In this document: positions 1-19,000 of the stretch, piece after piece
Numbering within the stretch: position 1 is the first letter of the stretch
Layout of the letters: the number at the start of each line of letters is the position of its first letter
NCBI GenBank assembly: GCA_033442325.1
Contig: JAWQFM010000021.1
Span: forward strand, 1,083,692 to 1,147,691
Length of the DNA stretch: 64,000 nucleotides
Reading direction: 5' to 3'
DNA from: Salpingoeca rosetta
Lineage: Eukaryota; Protista; Choanoflagellata
Translations under genes and position numbers: made by a program
The notes under the pieces: generated by a model
Database searches by the model: none
Told to the model about the DNA's origin: nothing
The model's input: the letters and a program-made list of their open reading frames with translations, nothing else

Positions 1-566
1 TGGCGCAAGTCTTGGTGAGGACGTGGGTGCTGGTGCTGGCGCCACGATTGAGGACGAACGCCAAGACGATGCGGTGGTGGCAGACGCCGCGGAGGGGAGC
101 GGCGATTGGGTGAAGCCTGTGAGTGCAGCACGAGTGAAGGAGTGGGTGCAGCGCCGAAAGGAGCGCCATGAGCTGCGCGAGAAGCACAAGGCTGCGCCCA
201 AGGAACGGCCCAACCGAGCGTTCTTCAAGGCGCTGGATGGCACGGTGAAGAAGACGACGGCGTTTGTGAAGAAGCTCAAGTCCGCCATCACCGAGCAACA
301 GCGGTCCTCCGTCATGGCTGACTTTGAGAAGCTCAACCTGACCAAGTTCCTGAGCGAGGTGGCAGGCTCGCTGGCAGAGGCTGGGCTCACCAAGAACGCG
401 GATCTGCAGACAGCCGTCACCCTTGCGTCCGCCATGCACTGCCGGTACGCGGAGTTTGATGAGGCCTTGCTCGACGCCCTCAAGAACACCCTCACTCTCC
501 CTGAGCCAGACGACAAGGATGCCATGGCGTCCTTCAGGTGCGGCCACTGCGTGTGTGTGTCTGTGT

Positions 567-620
<54 letters not shown>

Positions 621-2259
621 CGGTAGAGGGGAGCGTGAGCAGTGATGCAGAGCAGTGCAAGAGCTAATCGATGTGAGTGCAATACACACACACACGAGTT
701 CACATGGCTTGTGTTGTTGTCCCTTCTTTTGGGTTTGCACAGGTTTGCCTTCCTCCTGTACAGTGAGTGCGTTCTGCTGGGCATCTACGATGAAGCCGAG
801 GGGAAGGTCAGTTTGGACAATGGTGGTAGCCTACACTTTCCAACAACAGCACGTGTCTGCCCATTCTTCATGCACACACACACACTTCTTGCACACACGC
901 AAGCACGTTTGAGCTCGTGACTTGCCGGGTTGTCGACACTCGATAACGACTGCTCACACACTTCGCCTGTCGTGCTTGCGTTTCCCCACTGTCAAACCGC
1001 CTTGTCTGTAGCAACTGGCCAAGCAAGTTGCTGGCGTGGTGCAAAACGACAAAGCAAAACACCACGTGTACCTTCCGCTCGTCATTGACGTGCTGGGGGC
1101 CATAGCGGAGGAGCTGGTTGGCATCACCGCACGTGCGATGCGTCTTGGCGCTGCCGCCCAAGGCGTCGACACTCACACGGAGCCCCTCTTCCCCGTCGTC
1201 CAGGGCAAGGTGGGCACCTGCGTTTGCTTGGTTGCTTGGTGTCGTGTCGTGATTTTGTGTGCTGATGTGTGGTGTGTTGTGGTTTTGTGTAGTGGTGTAT
1301 GGTGTGCTGTGTGTAGTGTAGTGTAGTGATGGATGGTGTGTTGTGTTCGAGTGTGTACTCATAGACGCGGCGCTGTGGTGAGCGTACACCTCACACCGGC
1401 TGTCTCCACACCACGTGCAGCTTGTTCCGTTCCTGGACCAGTACTACGAGACGGTGTCTGCTGCGCTGATCAAGAGGAAGGAAGTCCTCAACGAGCGCCT
1501 CAAGCTCAACCACGCCACATTCGAGACAAAGGTCGCAGCTCTGTGTGGTTACACGTGCATCCGGTGTGCATGCGTGTATTGTCCTTTTGTGTGTGTGTGT
1601 GTTTGCGTGCGTGTATGTGTGTGTTTGCGTGCGAATTTCGCTGTTCTGCGTTAACTCGGCTGCGCCGTGAAGCTGTTCGTAGCCACCCCTCCCTTTGTTT
1701 TGACATTCGTCGGCATGTCCATGTATGTGCGTGTGTACGTGTGTACGTGTGTATACATGTGCGTGTGGTGCAGGGTGAGCTGCGGGCTGAGCAGAAGGAG
1801 CAGGAGGAGAAGCTGCAGGCTGCATTTGACGAGTTAAACGGCCACGTGCGCTCTCTCGCCAATATCATCGACAAGGTGACTTTTGAAGTTTATGTGGAGC
1901 AGTGAAACTGCAAAGTGCTGCCGTGACTCGTCTTTTCTGTCTGTCCGTCTGTGTGTGCGTGTTTTCCCTCTGCTCGCACAGGCACACACACACACACACA
2001 CGTACACGTACATGAACATGCACACACACACATACATTGATACACACAAACACACAAACACACACACATGCGTGCTTTGTCCTGTTCACACCCCTCCTGC
2101 CGTCGTGCGTCAGGACCTGCCGGAGCTGCCCGAGTTCAAGCCGGAGGATGTGCTAGCAGAGATGAGCATGAGCATCACCAACCCGTACTTGGTCTGTCAA
2201 CACTCGCGTGCTTGTACCCGGTTCTGCCAAATGCGTGTAAACGAGTGTGCCAATGTGAC

Positions 2260-2309
<50 letters not shown>

Positions 2310-3064
2310 GCGCGCAAGTTCTCACCATCACCATTGTTCCATCCCTCCCTCCCTCCTCATACACGCGTGTGCAGCACGCGAGCGAGGACGAAGTGGCTGC
2401 GGGCATCTGGGGCGACGTTGAGACGCGGGAGTTCTACGAGTCGCTGATTGAGCTGGAGCGGATCATGCCGGCGGTGCTCTTCAAGGGCGCAAAGCAGCGG
2501 CGGCAGGCCGTGCGCGAGTTGGAACAGCAACAGCAGCAGCAGAGGGAGGCGGAGGAGGGAACGGTGAAGGGTGCTGATGGTGATGGTGCTGATGATGACG
2601 AGGACGCGGAGGGGAAGAAAGAGGACAACGAGGAGGCCGAAGAAGGTACGGTGCATATCACGGGAGACTGGCGTGTTGCATTGGCTCGCACTCTTGTCTT
2701 TTGCTGCGCCTACTGTTTGATTTGACGCTTTCAAATACTTTTCATGTATCCTGCATCACAACCGCCATATGAGAAACAGCACCCCACGGTCTCACACCTC
2801 ACACCTCACCCCTTCACGACCATCACCATTGCACCTCACACCTTCACGACCACGGCTGCGGCGCTGCATCAGCTGTAATGGAGGACGCAGATGCGGTGGC
2901 GCGGGAGCTGGCAGCAATGGGGCTGGACCCATCGGCCGACGACGACGACGATGATGATGATGATGGAGAGGAGAACGCAGAGGATGTGGAGGCTGCTGCT
3001 GATGTTGGAGATGACGATGAGGAGGATAAGGAAGGTGGGTTCGCTTGGCGCAAGTGGGAAGTGG

Positions 3065-3142
<78 letters not shown>

Positions 3143-3434
3143 CGTGCGTGCGTGTGTGCGTGCGTGCGAATGTACGCATTTTCTTGTGCCCAGCGCGCAT
3201 GGTGCTTACACACTAGAGATTCTAATTGTCTGCATCCCATTCACCCCTCATCATCCATGCTCCTGTGCACGTTCCCCCCCCCCCCAATCGTTGCAGCGGA
3301 GGCGGCGGTGTCCGGGTACTTGACGGAGGGATCGCTGGACGCGCGGCCCGACCTGACACTCTCCACCATTGCAGAGATCATTGAGCAGCTGCCAAGGTCC
3401 TCCGAGCATGACAATGCATGATGATGATGATGAA

Positions 3435-3484
<50 letters not shown>

Positions 3485-4166
3485 CGGCTGCTTGGGAGGT
3501 GGTTTCGTGCACATACGCATTGAGATGATGACAGGTTGATGAGAGGGAAACACCTCAAACACACCATATTGCGAGCCGCGTTCACTCACGGTGATGTGTG
3601 TGTATGTCATGTATGTGTGTTCTTGGGTTGAATTCCTCCCAGGTCGTCGACGGCAGCGAGTGTGGACGAGATTGCAAAGCAGTTTTGTTACAAGAACAGC
3701 AAGAACGCTCGCTCCCAGCTCATTGAGGTTTGGGCGCCTGTCGCAATTTTGCTTCGCGCAACCTTTCACGCCCACTGATTGTCGTTCACGCACAGTCGTT
3801 CTCTCTCCCTCACGTGTTCTCACACACACACACACACAACCGTTCACACACAATCGTTCTCACCCTCCCACACCCCCTGCCGTTTTCCCGCCTTCCTGAA
3901 TTGCCCCCACAAACACAATTCCCCCGAACACCAGCGGCTGTATTTCGTGTCGCGGGAGGAGCAGGACCTGCTGCCGTACTACTCGCGACTCGTCGCCACC
4001 CTCCAGCCCGTCATCCCAGACATAGCAGACACACTCGTGCGTGCTGAGCACATACACACACACACATGTACACACACACACACACACGTACACAATTGCA
4101 CACAGGGCGCGATGCTGGTGCTGGTGCTGCTCTCATGTCGCATGTTGCGTCACCTTAACACACACG

Positions 4167-4197
<31 letters not shown>

Positions 4198-4729
4198 CAT
4201 GCACACACACACACCATACACACACCATACACACACATACACACACACACACACCATACACACACATGCCTGACCGACACCATTAGGCGAACCGGCTGTG
4301 TGCGACCTTTCGCTTCCTTCGCCGCAAGTTCCCCATCAGCCATTACGAGAGCAAGGTGCCGCCCAACTGCACTCTTATGTCCGCATTGCACCTTCTTGCA
4401 CCAGCACGAGCGTAGGAGTTGTACATCAGGGGGTTGGGAACCCGGCTTTGTTTGCGTTGGTGCTATCCAGGCTCGTCTCACTTGCAAAGCGACACACGCA
4501 ACACACGCAACACACGCAACACACGCACACACATGTGCACGTGCGCGCATGCATACACAGTTGCGCAATGCGCGATACATTGGCGAGTTGACGAAGTTCC
4601 GCGTGATTGACGGAATGAAGACGCTTCATCTGCTGCAGGTTAGGGCACCCGAACACATTTTCGCCCCTTTATTGTTGGTTTTCTGTTTACTCTGGTTGCA
4701 CTCCAGCACGCGCGAGTGTGCACACACGC

Positions 4730-4783
<54 letters not shown>

Positions 4784-5535
4784 TCACTCACTCACTCACT
4801 CACCACGTTTGTACAAACATCCCACTTCGCTGCTCACCCCATGACTGCACTGCAACCACCGCCAGCTGCTGCTGCGGACCTTCAAGAACCACGAGGTTGA
4901 CACGGCATGCATGCTGCTGGAGACGTGCGGGCGCTTTCTCTACCGCAGTCCCGGCACACACGTCCGCACCCACTTGCTCCTCGAGGTGCGCTCATCGACG
5001 GCGTTGAACCCCCCCCCCGTTGAACTTGTTTGCGTGCGTGTGTGTGCGTATGTATGTATGTCTGTAAGTATGTATGTATGTATGTATGTATGTATGTATG
5101 TATGTATGTGTGTATGTATGTATGTATGTATGTATGTATGTATGTATGTATGTATGTATGTATGTATGTATGTATGTATGTATGTATGTATGTATGTATG
5201 TATGTATGTATGTGTGTGTACTCGTGTGCTCGTATCACGCTGAGACGCGACTACCTCGCACTCCACTCTCCCCACACCCTCACTCCCCATCATGCACACT
5301 TCACCACAGGTGATGAAGAAGAAGGCAGCGCGACTGCGGCTGTCGGAGCACCACCGCACCCTCATTGACAACGCCGTCCTGTACTGCAACCCGCCCGCGG
5401 CCAGCGCAATGAAGAAGAAGGTGCCATGATGTTGCTGGCCATGGTGTGGTGGTGGTGGCGGTGGCGGCGGTGGTGATTACATTTGCGTTCCGTGGAAGAC
5501 CTCCTTTCAGCTGACACTGCAACACACACACACAT

Positions 5536-5605
<70 letters not shown>

Positions 5606-5622
5606 ACGCACGCGCACACACG

Positions 5623-5676
<54 letters not shown>

Positions 5677-6772
5677 CATACACACGTGTGCACTGTGATT
5701 GCAAACGACAGGAGCGGCCACCACTGCACGAATACATCCGCAAACTTCTTTACACGGACTTGAAGCCGACGCCAGCAGCCATCAAGACAGTCGCAACGGT
5801 GGGCAATGTGGATTTACACGCGTGTCTGCGTGTGTGCATTTGTTTGTGTGCGCGTGTGTGTGCATTTGCTTGTGTGTTTCCTGGCGTGGATTTGTTTTGT
5901 TTCCAAGCCCTGCATAGGTCTTCTCATGCAATGCTCTTTCGCTCTCCCCTCACGCTGCTCCCTCTTGTTCGGTTCGGTGGTCTGCAGCGCTTGAGGAAAC
6001 TGCCGTGGAACGACAAACCGTTCTTGCAGTATGGCGTCAAGTGCCTGACACGGTAAATGCCGTTGCCATGCAAGTGAATTGTTGCGGCTGGATGGATGGC
6101 TGGATGCATGCTTGCATGGCTGGATGGATGGTGGGCTGTTTCATTTCAAGGGTATCCGACTGCAAGTGCCATGCCACATCACAACACCTCACCTCCCTCC
6201 CGTGTGCCTCCACAACTGTTGCAATTCTCCACCACGCCACAGCGTGTGGATTGTGACGTTCAGCTCCATCCCCGCGTTTGCGAGTCTCCTCGCCCTGCTC
6301 AAGGCACACATCCCCAACGTTACCGCCATGGTAAGCAGTGGACACACACACATGCACACACGCACACACACACATACGCACATCAGCGAAGAGGATGAGG
6401 GTGTGGTGCCTTCAGGCACAGAAGGGGATGTTTATCCTCTTGTGTTTGTTGCCCAAGCAATTCTGAGCTCCCAACTCACAATCGCCATGTTGTTGCATCA
6501 GGTTGTGGATGCGGTGTGCGAGGAGATTCGACTCGGGATGGAAATCAACGACCCGAAACTGCGGCAGCGGCGCGTGGCAACTGCGAGATACTTTGCAGAG
6601 GTACATGCTTGCTTTGAGTATTGCTTTGGGGAGGGGCAGGAGGAGTGGGGGAAGAGGTGGAGGGAGGGCACGAAACCAGGCCAGCTGCTGACTTTGTGCT
6701 CTTGGCACACCTCCACTTCCGTTTCCCGCACGTACAGACAGCTTCACACGCACACACTCTGGCACTCATTCG

Positions 6773-6808
<36 letters not shown>

Positions 6809-7181
6809 CTCACTCACTCCCACTCACTCACTCGCAGATGTACATGTTTGGACTGGTCACCGACGCGTTGGTGATGAAAGTGCTGTATTCGCTCATCACC
6901 TTTGGCGTCAACACACCCCTCGATCCACCGAAGCAGTACTTCCGGTGAGAGCTCACGTCACACACACGCACACACATCCATGCAAGAACTGCATGCATTT
7001 CTCTTTCCTGTGTGTGCTCATGACCCTCTGCGTGTGTTGTGTGTGCATGTGTGTGCATGGCAGCGCTCGTCTCGTGTGCGAAATCATCAACGCAACAGCA
7101 GAATATTTCTCTCCGCGCACCAACAGGAAGTGAGTCAATGTTCAGACGCCTCATTGACATTCACGCCATGCAGTGAATTGC

Positions 7182-7228
<47 letters not shown>

Positions 7229-7621
7229 CACACACACACACACACACACACACATGCACGCTCGTGCCTTGTCACCTGTGGCTTATGTCCACCATCCCCT
7301 CTGCAACCATCCCCACCTCATCCACCACCACTGCCACTCGTGACTGCGCAGGCTGGACAGCTTCCTCGTGTTCTTTCAGCGGTACATGCTGTTGAAGCGG
7401 CAGCCGCTGCCCATTGACATTGACTTCACCGTCTCGGAGATGCTGGAGAACACACGGCCGAAGCTGAAGCCGTTTGCAACTCCGGAGGAGGCGGCGGCGG
7501 CTGTGGAGCACCTGCGGGCGCAGCAGCTGCGGAAACACGCGGCGGCACGCGGGGTGACGGTGGAGGCGTTACAGCGGGAACTTGGGGTGGAGGGGGCCAG
7601 GCAGCTGTCCCTGCAGGACGC

Positions 7622-7654
<33 letters not shown>

Positions 7655-8236
7655 CGACGACGACGACGACGACGATGATGATGATGATGATGAGGATGGC
7701 GAAGGCGGTGTGAGGACGAAGCGAACTGTTGCTAAGGAATCACCAGAGCCAGAGGAGCAACAAGAGGAAGAAGATGCAAAGAAGGAAGAGGAGGGCGATA
7801 TTGCGAAGGTGAGGCTCTCGCATGTGTGCTTTTGTTTGTAGCTGTGTGGTTGCCCATGTCTGGATTGCTGCATGCATGCATGAGTGTTTGTGACATTTCT
7901 CCTGCGGCTCTCGTTTACGACCCATCACCAATGTCATCGCCACAACATCATCGCCACCATCGCCATTGTTGTTGGCAGCCGGCCCCCGAGGACGAGAAGT
8001 TTGTGCAGCAGTTCAATCGGCTTGTCGCTGACGCCGGCCGCTCGACAAAGAAGACTGTACGCGCTGTTGTTGCGATTGTTGGTTCTTGTTGCATGTGGTT
8101 GTCACTCCTCGTCAATATCACACACACACACACTCTCTCTCTCTCTGTCTCTCTCTACTCACACACACTCACACACACACACACACACTCACACACACGC
8201 ACTCACTCACTCACTCACTCACTCACTCACTCACTC

Positions 8237-8274
<38 letters not shown>

Positions 8275-8594
8275 TCACTCACTCACACTTTCACATAGGC
8301 CACCCCACTCGAGATCCGGGTGCCAATGCACCTGCAGTCGAAAACGATTGCGCGCACAGCGGACGAGGAGGGTGAGAAGGTGCACTTTACGCTCTTCACA
8401 AAGAAGAAGACGCACACGCTCGCGCTCCCGGCCGACATTGAGTTTACAGACACCGTTCTCAAGCGACATGCGGTAAGAAGGCCGCCCTGCGTGCATTTGC
8501 TCGGGATGGGGCAATCGTACTGTTGTTGTTGTCATCGGTGTCGTTGCTGATCCCACGGCTGTGATGTTTGCATTCCCGTATGCCTGCGATACCC

Positions 8595-8632
<38 letters not shown>

Positions 8633-9218
8633 GAGGGCTTGTTTGGCAAAGACGGCACTGCATTGTGTGCGCAAGACTCACCACCGCGGTGATGGTTGCT
8701 GGTGGTGGTGTTCAGGCTGAGCAGAAGGCGCGAGAAGAGGAGAAGCGGCGCATCATTCGTCTCGAGCACCGCGCGCAGAAGGAGGACATTGACCAGGCCG
8801 CAATGGAAGAGGCAGCTGCAGAGGCCGTGAGTTCAATACCCCCCCCCCCTTTTTTTGCACATGTTCGCTTGTCTCACGTGGTGACGATGTTGCTGCGACG
8901 TTGCTGCGATGGTGTGGAGGCTTGATGGTGGCGAGAGCGAATATGATGGTTGACATCGAACTATTCTGACATGGAGTGCTCAATACCCTGGGTTTTGTTG
9001 TGTTCATTACCCCGTCATGTCGTCATGGTCGTCGTGTCGTCGTCGTTGCGATTGCAGCAGCGGCAGCGGCGTGGTCGTGGTCCTGGCCGCGGTGGTCGCG
9101 GTGGACAGGTGGGTTTGTGAGTGTGGCGCACGGTGATGTGTGGGAATCTTCTATCCTTGATGTAGTATTTACACACGCACACATCCTCACTCACTCACTC
9201 ACTCATTCATTCACTCAC

Positions 9219-9252
<34 letters not shown>

Positions 9253-9332
9253 ACTCACTCACTCACTCACTCACTCACGCATTACTGCTGCAGTCGTCGC
9301 GCGGTCGTGGTCGCCAGCAGCGTCGCCCATAA
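1..9332 (+). CDS. UPF2: Regulator of nonsense transcripts 2 (UPF2), multi-exon, 5' end probably upstream of the window
   Basis: Spliced exons give UPF2/MIF4G motifs: LDGTVKKTTAFVKKLK, IWGDVETREFYESL, DLLPYYSRLVATL, RYIGELTKF, LLETCGRFLYRSP, QRLRKLPW, EEIRLGMEIN, FFQRYM, then an acidic tract and an RGG tail ending RRP-TAA at 9330-9332. The GT-AG junctions checked are phase-consistent. Frame 2 is open from base 2. Confidence 0.93.
5049..5212. repeat. (TATG)n intronic microsatellite
   Basis: Direct observation. One example of many intronic microsatellites. Confidence 0.95.
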
Positions 9333-10242
9333 CACTCCAATGCACGCGTACTCAAACAAGCACCGGCTTGCTCTCCACAGGCTTGACCAGGCGAGAGCCT
9401 CGTTCTGCTCGCACTTGCACCCCTCGCACAAACGTGCATTTCCATCACACACGCACACGCGCTCAAGCCACACAGTCACAGCTGCTGTCGGAGCAGTTGA
9501 CACATGCACCAGCAGCCCGACCGTTCCCATTGTCACCAGCGCCCCAGCATCAGCCTTGAAGCGCATGGCAGTCGTTGTTGAAGGGTTACCAGGCAGGCAC
9601 GATGAACAATGCTTTGCACTGTGTCAACATTAGTCAAAGACTAACGTCATGTCACATTCGTGCCCTCCTTCCATCTCTCTGTCTTGTCCGCTGCCTATTG
9701 TGTGGCATGAATGCGTGATGCTTGTGCCTGACTGATTGTGCGAGTGCCTGACCTGTGCGTGTAGGGGTTGGGGTTTGTGCCATGGGCGTCAGTGTACTCC
9801 AGCCTCTTTGTGGCCGTTTAGCGCACTGGTGTTACAAACCACCCTCCACTACATGTCACACCACCTATTACACGTTAGCTGGGTGAACAAGGGAAATTAC
9901 ACAGTGATTTTTGTGGTGCATGGAGTGGTGACGCGGCTGCAAAATGAACGTAATGTAACAGGGTTTAATGCGGTTTTTTTGATGTGTTGGCGAACTCTTA
10001 TGGCAATGAGGGAATTGCCTTCACGTTGGCATGGCACGGTAGCTCGACGGTAACTCAGGCACAGAGAAAATTCGACGGCTGCCACGACCTCAAAGCAGGG
10101 GCGGATGTCAACGCGACGCCAAGTCGCGCGTGCGTGCATGTATGAACAATACAGAACAAGTGGTCAGACGGCGCAAGCCCTTCATGTGAAACGCATGAAG
10201 ACGAAGATGAATAACCAAGTGGGACACCCCAACACGCGATGA

Positions 10243-14199
<3,957 letters not shown>

Positions 14200-14521
14200 C
14201 CTTGCTTGTTGTTTGCACATGAATTGCGTTTTGCAAATTGCGTGAGGAGCGAAGACCCACTCCTCCGGACACCTCGTTTCCTCGCTATCACTTGCACAAG
14301 CTTTGTTCACGCGTCTGACATTGTCGTGTTCACTTGTACGCATGTTAAACGACTCATCAAAGGACGACAGTAGACATGCATGCTATGATTGAAGACACCA
14401 CAACGTAAACACACACACACACACAAAACAAAGCAACAAACAACACAAGCGACAAATGAACTGCGATCACACACCACACCACGCAACAATGACAGCCACA
14501 GCTCGACGTGGGTCGCACGAG

Positions 14522-16016
14522 TTAATCATCGAGCTGGGTCAATAACGCAACGCCACGCTGGATCCAGTGGTCCTGTTGGGATGTCACAGGGAAGGAAGGG
14601 AAGGTAGCGAAGGTTGGGAAGGGAGGGAGGTGAGTCATCGAGGTGAAACAGGAAGAGCAGATCTTGGAGGTGGAAAACACAAAGGTACACACAGACACAC
14701 ATACACACAGACACACACCACATGTACACACGCACACGCACACACATTCACACACACACACACACATACACACACACACACGTCACTGCACGATTGCAAC
14801 AACGCACCTGTGGCTTGTCTGAAGGGATCTTGATGGCGACAACATAGTTGGAAGAATGACCAGTTGTGGACAGCACACCACGACGATCACTCGTTTTGTA
14901 CACGGGGCAGTTGTAGTGCGGCGGCGGCTCAATCTCAGAGCGCTTCGCAGGCTTGAGCTGGATCACAGGCATGCGGTTGGCCAGGACCTTGGGCTCCTGC
15001 TCACCAAGCACACCGCGCTCGGCGTCCCAGCGCGCGCCATCCAGGAACAGTCCGTTGACGTATGCGCCGTCCTCCGGCGGCTCATCGTACTCGCGGTCCT
15101 CCTTCACCTCAAAGTCAAACGCAAGCAGGTCAATGGGGATGGTGTACTTGCGCGCGTAGTTCTGCTGCACGCCCGTGAGGAACGCCTGCGTGAAGTAGAA
15201 GCCCGAGATCCAGAACACGGGCGGCTGGCCGTTCTCGTACCACCGCTGCAGGAAGCTGAGGCGGGCAAGGAGGTCGTTGACGTACCCACCAAGTGGCTTG
15301 AGCGACGGGTAGCTCTTCTTCATCCACAGCTCGGGAATCTTGCCATTGAGCATCGAGTGCGCCACGGCCTCCAGCTCCGCGTTCATCACCACCAGGCCCT
15401 TGACGGCCTTCTGGATGTTGATGAGGCTGTCCCGCACCACCGCCGTCAGCCGGTTGAAGCGGCCCATCTCCTGCACCAGCACCGTGTTCATGCTCTCCTC
15501 GTACGCCGTCGGGTACTTGCGCAGCGCAGCCGCCGTGTCAAACGCGGGCGGCAGCTTGGACAAAATGTCCGTGGCAATCTCCGTCATGCGCTCGTCCTCG
15601 GACTTGCCCTCCTGGCCGCCGCCACCACCGCCGCCAGAGGCCTGAGTCAGCAGAATCGAGTCGAGCAGCTCGTGCGTGGCCTTTTGGTCCTTGGTGATGT
15701 CGGCGTTGCTGTGCATGCCAAACACCTCCGGGTCCGGGATGAGCGGCAGCGCCCGCGCAAACTCGAGATAGTCCTCGTACTCGCCGTGCGGCGGGGCCAC
15801 GTAGTTGCCAGAGGGCGAGAAGGCATACTTCTCCGTGTCCACCATCTCCTGATTAAGGATGTTGTTGAGGATGCTCACGAGCGTCCGGCGATCCCAGTCG
15901 TCCGTCACGCGACCACCGTAGTTGCACTGCCCAATCAAGTATCGAATCGCCTCAAAGTCCACGCTCTCATACTGGTTCAGGAACTGTCACCAAGAACAGT
16001 ACAATTGTGTGCATGC

Positions 16017-16087
<71 letters not shown>

Positions 16088-19000
16088 GGTGGGCGGGTAG
16101 GCGGGTGAACAACAGTGACGGTTCAGAATATGCACACAACCACATGCAGGAGCAAGCAAACAGGCTCAAAGCAAAATGCGCACTCATACTCTCACAAGTC
16201 AACTAAAAAAACACTCGCGTACCATTTGAATCTGCCGAATGCTGATCTGGAAATCCGTGTCGTTAAACTCGTAAGGGATGTTCCAGCCAAGAGCGCCAAA
16301 GCCGCGCCGCTCCTGCACCAGCGCATGGAAGAAGCACAGCCCAAACAACAGCTTGCGGAACGCCTGTATGTATGTGTGCGTGTGTGCGTGTGTTGGTGAC
16401 ATGAGGTGCAATGCGTGGGTATGTAAGTGAAGAGAAGAGAAGAGAAGAAAAGAGAGCTACTGTTCAGTTTCAACAGTTCACAACAGAGCAAAGAAAATGC
16501 GATCAAAACTTTACCTCGACAATACAGCACCCACACACCCACACACCCACACCCGCACACCCACCCACACCCACACCCACACCCCCACCCACACCCACAC
16601 ACACACACACACACACACACCTTCTCCTGCTTGCAGTTGTTGAAAAAGTCCATGTCTGAAATGGGGTGGAGGAGGTACGAGCGGATGATGTTGTTGCGCA
16701 GGCCCTTTGGCGGCTCGTTGGTCATCTTCACGCCGTTCTGCAGCACGGCCACGGGGAAGTGTGGCGACGGGTAACTGGTCAGCCACAGCCGGAAGTTGGG
16801 GTGCGTGGTATCTGGGTTGAGGTCCTCGCACAGCCGCTCGAGCGTGGGCATCCAGCTCACCGCCAAGTGGCAGTTCTGCAGCACAACCCACGTGCCGTCC
16901 TTGATGGCCTTCTCCACCATCTTCATGGCAATGGGGCCCTGGCCCTGCCCGAGCGACAGGGTCTCCATAGTCGACCCGTACCCTTGGTCGTCCGCAAACT
17001 TGAGCAGCGCGCTCATCGGGTCACCGCCAGGCGACAGCACAAAGATGAGCGGAATGCAGCTGTGCGAGTCTGCAAACGCGCCCGCCAGGTCAAACGGCGG
17101 CGGCTCAATGAACTTGCGGCCCATGTGCTCCTCCACAAAGTTCTGCACCGCGGGCACCACCTTGTCCGGCCGCACCGCGCGCAGCACGCACAGCCGCTGG
17201 AAGGAGGTGAAGCGCTCCCCAAACGTGGGTGGCGGGTCGTTGTGCGGCTGCGACGAGTCGTACATCTTCTTCCACTCGGACGTGTTGGTCTCCACATCCT
17301 CGCGCAGGCCCACAAACGCAGGCAGGTCATTCAGGCGGCACAGCTCGTCCCAGGCCTTGGAGGGCAGCCACTCCTCGGCCGGGTTGGCGTGCGGGTTGTC
17401 CAGGCCGACGCCGCCCGTGAGGAAGAACATCCACTCGCCCGCGTCGATGTTGCCCTCCTTGCGCATGATGTTCACGCACAGCAGCATGGCAAACAGCAGC
17501 TTGTCCTTCTCAAACAGCGAGCGGCACACGTTCTTGTACAGCGAGTACGTGAAGTAGTCCCGCAGGTTCTCCAGGCGCTTGGCCAGGTCCTCCGAGGGCT
17601 TGCTCTGCTCAATGGCGTTGAGGAACAGGTTGGTGAACCACGGCAGCGAGTACTGGTACATCGGGTCGATGTTGGCCAGCTGCGCAATGGTGAAGAACAG
17701 CACGGACGAGTGGGCGGCAATGGGCTTGTACCCGGCGCGCGCCGTGTCAATCTTCACCTCCGTCTCCTCGGCAACCTGCTGCTTCTCGCTAATCTCGTTG
17801 GCCAGCACCTTGGACGAGGACAGCACGTTGATGGCGCTCTCGTCCTCCAAGATGTTGCCCTCCGACGACGACAGCACCTCCAGAATCTTGTCCTCAATCT
17901 CCTTCAGCTGGCGCTTGTTCTTGGCAGACTGCACAATGAGCGCGTTCTTCTCCTCCTCCAGCTCGGGCCGCTCCTCCGCCACAACAATGCCCAGCAGCTG
18001 GTCCTCCAGGCCCGCGGGCGTGATCATGAAGTTGAGCAGCGTCACCTTCACCGCCGTCTCGGGCAGGTAGTGCGGGTTGGGCAGCTTGGTCGTGATGTAC
18101 AGCCGGAAGTCCTTGGAGTACTCGATGGTGGTGTCACCGAGGCGGATGCACATGGTGCCGGCCTGCTTGAACGTCTGCTTGAGCAGCACGGGCTCCAGGA
18201 TGGAGTCGAGCTCCTCCCCAACGTTCTCCAGCAGGATGGGCGTGCCAAACTGGATGGCGTTCTCCAGCGAGCGCACAAAGTCCGAGTCCGACAGCTTCAC
18301 CACCGTCAGCTTGTTCTCCTTCTCCATGTTCTTCACCCACTTGTTCGCCTGCCCCTGCGGGTCAATCATGAGCGGCCAGCGCCGCGAGTACTGCACGATG
18401 ATGCCGTTGTCCACGGAGAAGCTGTCCGTGGGCAGGCCGGCAATGTTCCACTCGCGAATCTTCACGGGGTCACCCAGCGTGCGTGCCAGCGAGAACGTCT
18501 CTGAGCACGGGATGTGCAGCGCCTGGCACCGCTGCATCCATTCGTCGCACTGCTCCTGGCGCAGCTGCGACGGGAACGCGCCCAGGTACGCCACCAGGCC
18601 CGAGGACACCAGCACGTCGCCAGTCAGGTTGGTGTACGTCACGCCGAGCGCGTCGGCGGTGGCCATCCAGCGGTCCTTCTCGTCACCCAGGCTGGACATG
18701 AGCTTCTCCGCGCGCTTGAGCTTGGTGGCACACAGCTCCACCTGCGCCTCCAGGCTCTCCTTCTTGTCGTTGAGCTCCTTGAACTTGTCCTTGAGGTCCT
18801 GCAGCTTCTTCTGGATGGCGGCCAGGTTGTCCTGCTTCTCCTTGAGCGTGGCCATGGCCTGCGCCAGCTCGCCCTCGGCCTGCTTGAGCGCCTCCTTCTT
18901 GGGCGCCACCACCTTGGCCACGCGGTCGTACGCCTCCATGGCGCGCACCCACTTGCACAGGCCCTCCGCGGCAACCGAGGCCTTGGCCACCTTCTCCGGC